Assembly (NCBI GenBank): GCA_016748015.1
Contig: JAAOMT010000436.1
Location: 2,129,037 to 2,193,036, forward strand
Direction: 5' to 3'
Length of the DNA: 64,000 nucleotides
Source of the DNA: Geosiphon pyriformis uo1
Taxonomy: Eukaryota > Fungi > Glomeromycota
Shown here: positions 13,081 to 26,700 of the stretch, piece after piece
How positions within the stretch are numbered: position 1 is the stretch's first letter
Layout: each line of letters begins with the position of its first letter
The notes under the pieces: generated by a model
The model's database searches: none
Seen by the model: the letters and a program-made list of their open reading frames with translations, nothing else
Told to the model about the DNA's origin: nothing
Position numbers and translations under genes: made by a program

Positions 13081-16000
13081 TCTTTTTTTCTTATATTCAA
13101 AAATTCATTAAAGAGTATATTTGTTGAATAAAAGTTTTAATTATTTAGTACAATAAATTCAAGCCTTTTTTGCTCAACTATAAGTATTGTTATTATAGAA
13201 AAGTTTATTAAAAAGCTTATTAAGAATTCTGGATTCAATAGCAATAGTGAACAAGTATTTTTTTTTAAAAAAAAGAGGTAGTGTTTTAATAGACAGTATT
13301 GATAATAAGATAGTTTTTACTAAAGCTTTAAGTAATTATTTTTGGAGCTTTAAAACTAGTAATACTACTAAATCTAATAGTATTAATATAGAAAAAGAGT
13401 GCTTGATAGAAGAAATCAGTGTTAATTATAGTGAAAAAAATACTTTTAGTGAGAAAAACTTTAATTAAATACTAAAAAATCTATAAGTAAAAACCAAAAA
13501 AATATTGAAAACATCTTTAAAAAAAATCAATTTCTTGAGTAATAATAGTGTTAATGTCTTATTAAATACTTCATTAACTTTTTTTCCTTGTTTAAAAAAT
13601 CTGGTTAATGTTTCTGTTAAAAAATTATTTGTTTTAAATATTAGCTTAAATAATATTATTAGGAAGTTTTCTTAAGATAAACTTATAATAGTTAAAAAAT
13701 TATTTTCCAAAATCAATAATTTTAGGAAGTGTCTATCTCTTTAAAATTTGCTGAGATTATTAAAGTAACATTTACTTCCAAATTGAGCTTGGCATAAATA
13801 TTTAAAAAGACTAAAGATACAAAAATCTTGGTAAACATTAATCTTAAAAAATTAGCAATACATTTAAATTAGGCTGTAGTGGTAAAAAAAATTCCAATTG
13901 AGATGTTAGTTAAGGCTGTATGTATTGTGTTTTCTAAACTTGGCATTATTAAGTCAATCAAAATACAATTAGTAAGATTATAACAAAAGTCTGTAATAAA
14001 GTTTGATTAATTAGATTATACTGTTTTGGCCACTGCAAAATGGTTTATTCTGATTAAAAAAAATCCTATGCATATTGCTAAAGCCAATATAGACAAAAAA
14101 ACATAAGATACAAGAAATTTTAATAGGGTGCTGTTTTATATATTGCTAATAAAAACAAATACTTATAATATCTAAAACTTTATTGAATCTGTAAATAAAA
14201 AAACATGCATAATAAATTGTCATTCAATTACATATGTTCAGATTAAATATGCTGTAGTTTGTTTTGAATTTGCTAATTTATTAAACACTATTATAAGAAT
14301 CATACTAATGCTAAAAAACACCAATTTGTATTAGTTTTGTTTAAAATCTACTAAATATATAAAGTATAGAAATTTAAGTCATATGTTATTAAACTATACT
14401 GTAAATAGAAAAGTTTTTTTTGGTGATTTACTTTGTAAAGTGTTGTCAGAAAGGGATAAAAGTAGACTAATCACTATTTATACCAAATGCTTAGCATTTA
14501 TTACATGTTTTGTTTTTTTTGGTGGTATTTTTTGGGCCAAGATTGTTGAAGAATCTTTTTTTTTTTTTTTTTCTATACAAAATAATTTAGCAAGTTATGG
14601 CTTTTTTTTGAAGATAAAGTTTTTTCCACTTGTATTTGAAAATGTAAATAATAGGTTTGCCACTTTTAAGTACAGTCTTATCAGCTCTACAAAACAAGTT
14701 AATAAGCTGGCTAAAAGATTAGATACACTTAAGTCAATAGTTTTTTAGTTTAGTCTTAAACATTAGCCATTGGTGACTTTTTTATTATAGAATCAAAAGA
14801 TAGATATAGTAATGAATAAAAGTTTGAGTACAGGCATTAATAATAAGACTGTTATGAAAATAAAATTTTTGAATTAATTAATTGTTAAAAAGTTTGAAGA
14901 CAAAATGAACAATTTAACAGTTATAGTTATAGACTTGCTAACCAAAGTAAAAAATAAAAGTTTAGATTTAAACATATTCCTTTAACAATAACTAATTTGA
15001 TCTAGAAAATTGCTATATGTAATATTAAAAGTATGAACAACTTGGAAAAACAAAAAGATATTATTTGGTAGCATAAAAAAAAGTAATTTTATATCTATTA
15101 TTATAGAAACAAAGTTAAAAAATAAGGTTCATTCTTGGATAATTAGCAAATTTAATGGAGTTAGAGTATTTACTTTGGACATCAACTCCAATCATTTAAG
15201 TTTTGATGTTACTATAATAATCAACAATATTATTGTAAAACATGTTTACAAAATTTCAAAGATGGCTGGTTTGTTTTTGACTATATGTTTACTGTTTAAA
15301 AATTGTTATTTGGTTTTTATTTTGGGTTTATACACTAAAACTACTCTAAAAGAAAGTTAATTCAGTCCTGCAAAGTTAATTTTATGGTGGCCAAGGTTTT
15401 AAACAATAATGCTTTTGTGGTTCTTGATAGTAACTTTAATAAAAATAATTCTGGTTAAAGTATAAGTTTCAAAAAAATTTTGATTATAAGTTTATGTGAT
15501 TTTTTTAATGGTTTTTTAGTATATAAGTTGTCTATGTAATCTAATTTTAAGAGAGTTAATAAGTACATAAACTTTATTTTGATCAGTAAAAATTTTCAAA
15601 AGTCATTTTTTAATCAACAAGTTTATACTTTAGATAAGTTTTTTAATATTAATCATATAGTTGTTTTAGTAAATATTAATTTAAAAAAACTTTTTAGTTC
15701 TTAGTTCAGTTTAGTATGCAAACAGACTATTAGAAATAAATGAAAATTCAAAGTCAATGATGTTGATAACAAGGTTTAAAAAAAATTTAGAAATCTGTTA
15801 TTGGATACTGCTTTGGCTGCTGTCAATAATTTTGGAAACTATAAGTAGAAATTCAACATCAATAAAATATAAAAACTGCTCAATTAAGCAGTATATTCTG
15901 CTGTTAATACTGCTTTTTTAAAGACATAATATTAAGATAAAAATGCACTCAAGTGTGCTGCATTCTCTAAGTTTTACAAATTAGAATTGCTAATGTTAAG

Positions 16001-16098
16001 AATCTTAAAGGCATACAAATTAGGTAATTTAAAAAAGTCTTAAGAATTGATCAATAAATAGACTGTATTAAATCATGACCAAATAGTTAAGATTTTAA
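13081..16098 (+). mobile_element. LINE copy 3, divergent subfamily; ORF1 plus endonuclease only, 3' part lost at the hAT junction
   Basis: Family-type 5' end; ORF1 remnants; endonuclease remnant from ~14988 (KIAICNI...IIIETKL); homology stops abruptly at ~16098. Confidence 0.75.
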
Positions 16099-16111
16099 TT
16101 AAACCAAACTG

Positions 16112-16200
16112 AACCAAAATTTGGGTGTTGTTCAAGTTTGGTTTGAATTACAAACCAAAATTTGGGTGTTGTTCAAGTTTGGTTTGAATTACAAACCAAA
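16112..16200. repeat. Exact 41-bp tandem duplication
   Basis: aaccaaaatttgggtgttgttcaagtttggtttgaattaca occurs twice (16112, 16153), plus a partial third copy. Confidence 0.9.
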
Positions 16201-17393
16201 CTTAAACCAAATCAATTTTTCAAAGTAGATTTAATTTGAGTTCAGTATTAAACTTTTTTGACAAGTCTGAATTTGGTTTGAGTTTGGTTCAAAGTTTACG
16301 AACTTTTTCAAGTTTTATAGAATTAAAAAATATATAACTTGTACTATTTGTTCATTAATCATTACTTTGTTTAATTATTATAATTAGTTAAAGAAGTATA
16401 TAAAACTATGTATGTATAACAATTTTATTTTTTAATTTACTAAAATGAATTTATTGTTAATATTATCCAATATTATCAAAGATTTAAAATCTAAAATAAT
16501 GAAATTAATAGCCCAAATAATCTAAATATTAATATATTTGGTAAACATAGTTTTTAGAATAAAGTATAAGATTATTTTGATAAGTTAAGTAGATAAAAAA
16601 AAACAGCTAAATATACAGTTTCAAAATATGTGTATAAATCATTTTTTTGCAAAACTACAAACACTACCAAATCTTTATAGCACTATTTAGAGGCTTTTTA
16701 TTAAACAGTATATGTTACAACAAAAGAATATTATAAAAAAAGACAAAATGTTTAAAAAAATTGTAAGTTAATTAAAGAAATGTTTCAACAGATAAAATTG
16801 CTATTTTTTTATGATTTTTGGCCAATCTAACTAGAAAACTACTTTAGTTTTCTGTAGTAATTATTATTAATATTAATAATGAAAAACTTTGTAACATGAT
16901 TACTATTTGGCTTATTAATTACTAATAACCACTTTTTATAGTAAAATATTTTAAATTAATTAAAATATTCCAATATTTAAATTCTATATCTCAACTTGTT
17001 TGTGCTAATACAATTAAGAATAAAATCAAAATTCTATGTTTTAGGTAGACAAAAATTAAGAATAAAAAATATTTTTATTATAAAATGTTCTTTTTTTTTA
17101 CTTATACTTATAATATAATAGACATACTTAGGTATTATTAAGTCCAAAATTTTTTTTACATCAAATCTTTAAACATCTTCCAATAACAAAGTTTTTGTCT
17201 TTATTATTACTTATTATATCAATGACAATTGGGACCTTTAACAAACAATAATTGATTTTGAATTAATAAATGGACAACATAATAGAATAAATATTAAAAA
17301 ATTATAGAATTACATCAAAGATATATATGTATATTTTTGCATGAATTTGAGTTAAGTAATAACCAATAATAAAATTAGCATACTACTCAGCAT

Positions 17394-17620
17394 ATTAGTA
17401 TTATTTGAGACTTAAAGTTATCACAGTACCTATATTATTGAAAATTGTATTTTCTTAATATTGGCTTAAATTGGTTTTTATTATTGCTCCAAAGCTAAAT
17501 TTTTAACATTAGTATTATCTAAGACTCAGAATTATTACAGTGCTCATATTATCGAAAACCACATTTTTTTAATATTAGCTTAAGTGATTTTTATCATTGC
17601 TTTGAGCCGAATTTTCAGCC
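17394..17620. repeat. Diverged ~114-bp tandem repeat inside the hAT remnant
   Basis: Units start attagtattat at 17394 and 17508 and stay colinear (..cagt..atatt..gaaaa..aatatt.gcttaa..). Confidence 0.7.
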
Positions 17621-18679
17621 AAAAAAATCAAAAAAGAAGTTTAAGAAAGAGTTATGCTCATCCTTTTTTTATACAAGTTTATTATTAATTTTATTAATTA
17701 TAACCTAATTATTTTTTAACAGCTTCTTGTTATTATTCTTAATAATACTATAAATAATAGTACTTTTATAAGAAAGTTAATGAGAAAATTAGAAGAAAAA
17801 AACATTTAATAAAACTCAAAAAACTTTCAATTTTAATGCTTTAATTATATTCTAAACTTGGTAGTACAGATGGTTCTAGATAAAATAAAAGATAATGTTT
17901 TCAAAATATTTGTTAAAAATCCAAACCAAATATATTTATTTGAAAATTTCTTAATGTAAACTTTGTATAAATTAAAAATTAAGAAACTTAATTTTGTAAT
18001 CTGTATCTTGTTTCAACGTTTTGAGCTCTTTGAATATGCCTGTAATACATGTTAAAAATAGATTATCTCTTAAATTAACAAGTCATTTATTTTTAATTCC
18101 ATATATTTTAAATACAAAAATTCTAACTGTAGATTATTAACATTAAACACCTTTATTAGCATTTACATTAATCTCTATTAATATGTTATTTTATATGATC
18201 AGTGGACTATTTTTAATAAAATTGCTAAATTCTTTGAATCATTTAAGAATATTATAGTTAAAATGTCAACCAGTTTAAATAATACTGCTTTCTTAATTAT
18301 TTTTCTCTTTAATATTATTCTTAATTATATTAAAGACATAATTAATAATAATAAATCTGGTAAAGCATTATAATTTTAATTGTATTTATTTAGTTATTTG
18401 TTTAATATATTTAATATTAGATCTATTATTTGTTATGATGGTTAGAACAGCCAAAAAAAAATTGGTTGAATATTACTCTAAAACAAATACGATTGTAATT
18501 CTTTGTATTATATTGGATTCAAGAAAAAAATTTCATTATTTTACAAAGAGGGAATTTTTAGATAACAATATTAATAAAATAAAAAAATTATAAATTATTA
18601 ATTTATTCAAACAGTTTTATTTTTTAATTCTTATATAATAAATAAACTTTTAAAATACATTGTTACAGATAATTATTTG

Positions 18680-19040
18680 GGATGTTAAAACAAATAACAA
18701 ATCTGTAACTTGGTATTCAATAATTGTTAATATTGGTAATTTTTAAAGATTTTAGAGTTTAAAGATTTTGGTTGAGTTCTTTGTATAATAAACAGAAATT
18801 TAATTGATGGTTTTTTCTGTGAATTTATTTTTTTAGCATAGTAACCAGTTTAATCTGGCAGTTATGTCTTTTTGGTAAGCTATCCTTAAATTTTTACTCT
18901 TATTTCTGGGTCTTTTACTAAGCTATTTTTGATGTTAAATATTTAGTACTTAATTTTTTTAATCAATTAATAAACAACAAAAACAAAACAAAAGAAATAA
19001 AAAAATAAAAGAAAATAAAAGAAAATAAGAAATTAGTATT
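18680..19040 (-). mobile_element. 5' remnant related to the ORF1-only element at 29190
   Basis: Reverse complement (ttttgttttgtttttgttg...attaaaaaattaagtactaaa...aaatagcttagtaaaa) resembles 29200-29300. Confidence 0.45.
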
Positions 19041-19390
19041 TTGTTAATAGCCATAATTAAGAGCTATTAATCTAATATAGTTAAGTATTGAATTTTATTA
19101 ATATAAAATATTGATAGAATAGAAGTGATTAATATTTTTTAATTAAGTAATAATAACATAAATTCAGATAATAATTAATATTTTATTAATATGTGATTTG
19201 ATTTACTTCAAGTTGTAAAAAACTATTTTTTAAAGGAAGAGATATTGAATAATTAATAAATTCTACTAATTTTGTTTGTTCCAATTCTGTTTTTTTTGTT
19301 TCTAATACTCTTGCTATATATATATTTTTCTTGTTATATGAGATTTTATATTTTCTTGAGCAATGTATTCTATTTCTTGTAATAATATGC

Positions 19391-19520
19391 TTATTGCTAA
19401 ACAATATGTCATAATTTTCTAACAATGTGCTTATTACTAAAGAGTGTATCATAATTTACTAACAATATGTATATTGCTAAACAATGTGTTATAATTTTCT
19501 AATATTGTGCATTTTTGCTA
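19391..19520. repeat. Three diverged ~41-bp tandem units
   Basis: tattgctaaacaatatgtcataattttctaacaatgtgc-like unit x3. Confidence 0.7.
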
Positions 19521-19859
19521 AATCTTATTTTTTTATTAATATATTTTCTATTTGTTTTTCATATTTGTACTTTTTCTATAAATAATAATGTAATATCTGA
19601 AAAAAAACTTCTGCTTTTTAATTTTACATAAAAAAAAATCATAAAAAATTCTTCAAAGAAAAAATGAAAAGACTTTTTTTTGATTCAATTTATCATAAAT
19701 CTTGTAATCTTCAAACAAACCAAATTTTATTATGACTTTATTTATATAACTATTGTGAATTTGGCCAAAAAACTTAATAAATTTATTACATATTTTAATT
19801 TATGTTAAATTATTTTTTAAATGTGTCTAGCCTACTAAGTCATATGTTTTGTACATATC

Positions 19860-20490
19860 TTGAAGTATCAACTATATTTTTTTACTTTTTTTCAAAGCAT
19901 TTTTAATCACAGATCTAATAACAAAGATAGAAGATTAAGTTAAAATGTTCTTAAAAACTAAAAAATTGTTTTTATATAAAACATTGTACTTGTAGCAAAC
20001 TATGAAAATACAATCAGATAAGATCTTTAAAAGAATTTTTTTTGTTGTTTTAATAAAAGTTATAGGTTTGGTATTTGTCAAAATGCTTTTCTATTTATAA
20101 AACTTTGGAATTATAGACACTCAAGTTTTTATTCAAACATTAGAAATTAATTCAGTTATTAAATAAAAGTTAAACAAACACAAAAGACACTCTAAAACAA
20201 ACTTGCTACTATGTTTTTATGGCTCATTAGAAATACCAGATAGTCCAGTAGTCTTGCCATTAAGAAAGTTCTTTACTACTAATAAAACTAATCTAAAATA
20301 TTATACCAAAAATACACTATCTATAATATAATCAAAAAATGCAAACTGTTTTTGCCAATGATAAAGGATATTAGATTTAATTATGTATTTTCTGATATAA
20401 TTTTTTATTATCAAATCAACTTTGTATTTAACTACAATAAGATCTAAAACTAAATTATTATTATTAACCAGATAATTTAATATAACCTAT
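19860..20490 (-). mobile_element. Internal LINE ORF2 fragment (pre-RT / RT N-terminus)
   Basis: Minus strand encodes ..NGKTTGLSGISNE..KHSSK.., matching the conserved GKAAGLSGIPNELWKH block. Confidence 0.65.
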
Positions 20491-20727
20491 TTATTTATTT
20501 TTTATTTTTTTTATTAAAGATTTTATGAGTGCAATATTTATTTATAAATGATCAAAAAGACCAAAAAATTAAAAAAACAGCAGCAATTTGTGTTTGCTAT
20601 AATTATACTAAAGCAAAAAACACTAATAAAAATTAAAAATTAATACATATAATTAATTTATTTATTTCTAATTATATTAATTATAATAATTATTAATATT
20701 ATTAATATACAATTAAATTTTAAAAAA

Positions 20728-23700
20728 CTTCTTTCTCTCTTACCTTCACAAATTCCCAAAAAGCACAGTTTCTGAAAAAGAAGTTTTTTGTTTTTTTTAG
20801 TCTATATCAATATTTTTTTACCTAATAGTAACTCATTTTTCGTGAATATGGAGGCTACTGTTAGTAGCACCACACCTAAGAAGAAGGCTTCTAAGGGTGC
20901 TTTTTATGGTCCTGCTGATGGCTCCTTTTTTTTAGAAGAAAAAAGTTGTTCTTGGTAATGTAAAACATTCTGGTAATGAAAGAAATATATCCTTAAGCAA
21001 ATCTGGATCTAGTGGCAGTGTTTATTCTAATGTGGAGTGTCTATCTGGTGAGGATGAGGATGTTAGCATGTCTGGGACAAATGATGGATCTCTTTTGGGT
21101 TCAGCTGCTACTACACCCAAGACAAAGCAAATCAACACTGGTGTTGGTTTTGGTTCTCCATTTGGCTCTTCTAATTTTCATATGGATGATGATAAAGTTG
21201 TGCTCTCTTCTCGCTTGCCTATCTTTTTAGAAAAAAAGTGGATTGACCCTAAAATTATTAAGACTCCTGTGGAAGTGTTAATTAGAAAGTTATTTGTTTT
21301 GGATATTAATCTCTTAGCTGTGGAAGATAAATCAGCAATGGCAAAGACTCAGTTAATTAGGAAAATTTTTTCAACAGTCAATGGTTTTGGGGGGATCACT
21401 ACCCCTCAAAATTTGAAGAGATTATTTGATCAATGTTTACATCAGAAAAAAGCATGGAGATGACCACATCATTGGCCAGAGAAAAAGGAATCAATGTAAA
21501 CAGCGATCTTAAGAAACAAGGAATGAGGTCAGATTGGGCTGTGGTGATTAAAAAAATTTCCATGGACATGCCTAAGGACATAATCGTCACCACAATATCC
21601 GAATTTGGGGAAATTAAGTTGATCAAAATTCAACTGATGGGAATGTGGCAAAAGGCTGTGATGGAGTTTGCAAAATCAGACCAAACTAATTTGTTGGCCT
21701 CAAAATAGTCATTCTTGATTGGTAAAAACTCTGTGCACATAACCAAAGCAGTAGGGAATTGTGAGACCTGGACGTCAAAAGATTGGTTCAGGGTGCTGTT
21801 GTTTACTCTGCTGGTGGGAATAACAGCACATGATCTTGGGACTTTTCTGGAAAAGACTAGTGAGAAAACTTGTGTCATAAACAGATCTCTGGAAATTGGC
21901 AATAGGATTTGCTGTGCAGTGGTTGGTTTTGAATCTGATAATGATCTGGAATCTGCCTTTTACACAGAGCCAATTCTTGGTGGTGTTAGACTTTCTTGGA
22001 CAAGGATAAATTTAGTTCAGTGTGAGAGATGCGGGATGTTTGGTTATTCTGTTCTAAAATGTGATGCACCTGTTGCAACCACCTTTAAGCCTTTAAAAAA
22101 ACCATTTATAAGAGTTGTATCTGATAAACATTGTCTTTAATTGGCTAAGTTGTATAAGAAAAAGAGTGTTCCAATATCTCACCCTGCTGCTTTTGGTGGT
22201 AGGTCTTGGGCCCAGGTGGTCTTACTTGCTGGTTCTTCTGATAGTTTTCACTTTGCTTCTGGTTCCAGTTCCTCTCTTTCTGGCATCTTAGGTTTGAATA
22301 ACAGTATCTCTCTCATCTCAGTTAACAATTCATCTTTGGATGCTTGTTTGGCCTCTTTAGAACAATTCTTAGAATTGCTAACTGACCAAGTCTCTGGCAT
22401 CATGCGAAAACTCAGCAACATGGAATTGGTGCCATGAACTTCAACTTCCTCCTTAAAGTCTTAGCTACTTTGATTGCTGCCAAAGAGGATTTGGTTGTAG
22501 ATATGGTTATAAATGATTCTGAGTTGGTACTATCATCCCTTTCCTCCACTTCTTCTAGTATTTTGATATTGAGTCTGAATAGTTTAAAGGTCTTGACTAC
22601 CAAGGTTGGCTGTTTGGAATCTAAGTTGGTGGCTCTTGAGGCTTTTATTGGTTCTGTTTTGGCAAAGTTAAAGCTGATTTGTGCTGGTTCAAGTTTATTG
22701 GTCTCTTCTTCTTCTCAATGAGTGATTTGATCTGGAAGATAACTACCTGTAACATTCAAAGTATCAATATCCCTGCCAAGCAGGACATTGTTTATTGGCA
22801 TAAAAAATCTGGTAATATGGTTTCTATTATTACAGAAATAAAGTTAAGGTCTAACATTAGGCCATAGATAGCCAATAAATTTGATGAAATAAAAATATTC
22901 TTAATAGGCTTGGATAAGGGCTTTCTTGGTGCTGGAGTAGCAATAATCATGGACAATAATCTGGCTTGTCATGTGTGCAAAATTGAAGAAATTCTAGATT
23001 GGGTTATTCTGATGCGGCTCTTGTTCAAAGGCAAGCTTTCAGTTTTGATTTTGGGTCTATATGTTAGTGCTTTAGCTGGAGCTAGATTCAGTTAAGCCCC
23101 AGAGATTAATGTATTTATTGCTAAGGCTGTCAACTCTAGTACTTTCTTGGTTATTGATGGGGATTTCAATGAGAATGGTTCAAGAAGAAGTGTGTGTTTC
23201 AAGTTCTGTTCAGATTTGGGTTTGGTTAACTCACTCAATAGATCTTCTTTGGTCAAGGCTTCTATATGGAGCAATTCTAGAGGGGTTGAGAAGACCATAA
23301 ATTTTGTTTTTGTTAGTGTAAGTTTGGCTTCTACAGTCACCAGACGTGCTGTTAGTTCTGCTTCAGAATTTTTTAAGTCTGATCATAAGATGGTTTCAGT
23401 CTCAGTTGATTTGGATGGCCTTATGGATGTCAATTTGAATGGCTTGCGTAAGCAGGCCAACAGAGACAAATAAAAGTTCAAAATTAAGTCAGCTAGTGAT
23501 AATTAATGGTTGCAATTCAAAGAGTGTTTTTCTAGTGAATTTCAGTTGAGATCTGTGGACTTTGATGTTGCAAAAAAAGATGGTAATTTAGATAAGATGT
23601 AAGACATTCTTAGGAAGGTGGTAGTTTGCTCTGCTGATCAAATATTTTCTAAGTTCTGGTTTAATGATTTTGAGTGTTCAAGGAATAAGGTTTCTTCAAA

Positions 23701-26700
23701 GTTTTTTAAGCTGGAATTATTAATCTCTAAGCTGGTGAAGAATCTGAGCTTGCATTGGAATCTGGTGGCTAACCACTTTGTTGACACCTGGTCTGTTGTT
23801 GATTTTGAGGAAGCCTCTATATTTCATGCCATAATTGATAATGGTGCTGGTTATAATGCAATTCTTGGCCATTTGTCAAGTGTCAGAAAAAGTTACCATA
23901 GGTCCAAGTATTTTAAATCCAAGAACACCAAGGATGCTGCTATTAGAAAAGCAGTTAACAAGCACATGGAAAATTTTTGTACTGACAAGGGCCATATGAT
24001 TAAAAACATTTTAGAATGGCCTTTTCGTAAGGTGGTCCTTGACCATTTGATAGTTGAGAATGATTTAGTTTTGGAGCCTAATGAAGTTAAATCTACAGTC
24101 GACACTATCATGGAGGGTTGGACAAGAAAGCACACAATCTCTGATGTTCTGCCTGCTTGCTGGACTGCCCAGTATGCTCCCCTGAGTTATGTTGATGATA
24201 ATGTTTTCTCAAAAGTTATGTGCAATATAGGGTCTGATGAATTTCTTCAAGTGGTTAAGTGTTTGCTTGATGGTAAAGCTGGTGGTTTGTTTGGCATTCC
24301 TAATAAGCTTATAGAAACATGGTGATGTGTGGATTTTGGGTGGTTTGCTAAATATTCTCAATGTGTACTTGGTGTTGGGTGCAGTGCCTGTTTATTGGAG
24401 ATGCGCATGAGTGTCTATGATTTTGAAACCATATGATTGGAAGAGAACTCTCACAAACATCAGACCAATTGCTTTGGTTGAAACATCTTGGAAGATATTG
24501 TCTAAGATATTGTCTGACAGGATCTCTGTGGCTTGTAGTAGATTTGATGTTCTGCGAGGTGACAATTTTTTGGTTTTAAAAAGTACATCCACACAGACCC
24601 CAATTTTTGCTATTGGTTTGATTGTTGAAGACGCTTTGGAAAAAAATAGGGAGCTGTGGCTGGTGCTTCAGGATATGCAAAAGATATATGATTCTATTGA
24701 GTGGTTTCATCTGCATAATATTCTGACTAGGATCAAGATGTGTTCCCATTTTATTAGGTTTTTTGGCAGCCTACACAATGACAGATTCAATCAAGTTATG
24801 ACTGACTTTGGACTCACAGATGGTTATATTGTCCATAATAATCTAGATTAGAGAGAAGTTTTCTCACCTTTGTTGTGAAGAATTTTTTATGATTTTTTGC
24901 TTTGCGAGATCAAACATTGTGGTGATTTATTTGGGTATAGGTTAGATTCAAAATTTTTTACTAAATCTGGTAAGGCAGATTCTAGAGGTGGCTTGACATC
25001 TTTTCTGGCTGCTGGGACTTTTGTGGATGACACAATTTGGATTGGTAACAGTATGACTATTACTCAAAACATTTTAAATATAGCAAGTGAGTTTTTTAGG
25101 ATCAATGACATCTTCATTAACACAAATAAGACAGTTACCATACCCATCAACATGAGAGTAGAGAATCCTTGGTTGTTTATTAGTGGAGCTGCCATTTCAA
25201 TAGCAAAAAAAAAGAAACCACACAGATACTTGGGCATCTTTTTGTCTACAGATGGTTTCTCTGTACCCAGTCTTGTCAAAACACACTCAGATGTTCAGTT
25301 TTTTACCAATTTAATATTGAGAAAGACCATTTCAAACAAGCAATTTTTGTATCTGGTGTCTGTTGTGCTTCAGTCCATTGTTAGTTACAGGATCCAATTC
25401 AGCTATGTTTCAGCACGTGTGTGTAAAAAATGGGACAGGCTGCTCAGAAAGAGGCTGAAAATTAAGACCAGCTTACCTAAAGATTTCCCTAATGAGGCTT
25501 TATATCATCTTGAGATGTATGATCTCAAATTTTTTAGCCAATTGCAGGCCAAAAATCTATTAGCCAGTGTGGTTGAATTCACCAACTTTGGTGGCATCCT
25601 TGGCAGGTTGTTCGAACACAGAGCTATGAACCTACAGACCATCAACTGAATGCCCCGGCAACCCCTTAGTTTTCTAGTTAAATTGTCTGTTAATCTAATC
25701 AATTGCTTTCTGGCCAGTATAACCAATATGCTTGCGTCATATGGGTTTTCATTGGTCAATAATATTCCTAATGTTTTCTGGTCTGGTGTCAGTGTTCTTG
25801 TTGCTAAAGTTTTGGGCGTGGTGTGATACTTAAACATGATTGCCTCTTTAAGAAAATTTGGGATTGTGTTTGCAAATCAGCTTCTGGATTGTAGTGGCGT
25901 GTACTTCACTTGGAGCACTTTTTGCTGATAGAAAAGACTGGATCCCAGAGGTTGGGTTCCTGGTTGGTTCGTCTCTTTAGTCTCATTCATTTTTAGTGGT
26001 AGTCTAGCTGGCATTGGTGCTTTGGTCTACTGTTCCATTTCAGACATACACTTATGCAATTTTGGCTTTGCTAATAGTTGTCTTGTTGAAAATAGGCCTG
26101 GCATTGTAAGTGTATATACAGATGGATCAGTCAAAAATTTGGGTTCTGCAGGCACTTGTGGTAGTGTCACTGCTTACTTCTCAGACGTTGACTTGAGTAT
26201 AAGAGTTAGAGTATATGGCTTGCTTTCTTTGACTTTGATGGAACTTCAGACCATTACTTTTGCTTTAAAATGCATTCTAACTTTTAGCTCAGTTATGTTG
26301 TTCACAGATAGCCAGACTTCTTTGGACATGTGTGCTTTGTTGGTTAATTCTGTTGGTCCTGATTTTCACAATAAATGCTGGATTAAGAAGGAACACATTC
26401 ATATCACTATTGCTTCTAAAGGACTTTCAGTTTGTTGGAATAAAGTCAAGGGCCACTCGGGAGTGGTTGGTAACAAGCATGCCGACTTTTTTGCTGACAC
26501 TGCCACTAAGTCTAAGTTTATGCTACTGGTCAGTATAATATGTTGATTTATTGCTGTAGAAGACCAACTTGTTTTTGGGAATGCTCGTCAGTTTGTATGG
26601 CATCTATTTGATGCTGTTAATTTTGTTGGCTGGGAGTCCAAGTGTATGAGTAGTGTTATTGATTTGAATCTTGTCAAACAATTTAATATGCACTGAACCT

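Larger units (their letters stand above)
16100..18660 (+). mobile_element. Decayed hAT-family DNA transposon (subterminal AAACC(G/A)AA repeats plus transposase pseudogene)
   Basis: Repeated aaaccaaa/tttggttt motifs at 16100-16290. Transposase remnants read by eye: ..LVCANTIKNKI (~17000), .TSSNNK.F..I..YYINDNWDL..TIIDF (~17170-17260), DQWTIFNKIAKFFE (~18200), EYYSKT...ILDSRKK (~18470-18530). Confidence 0.72.

Noticed and set aside
16112-19520. Short tandem units as a CRISPR array
   Set aside because: No unique spacers, no cas genes, eukaryotic context.
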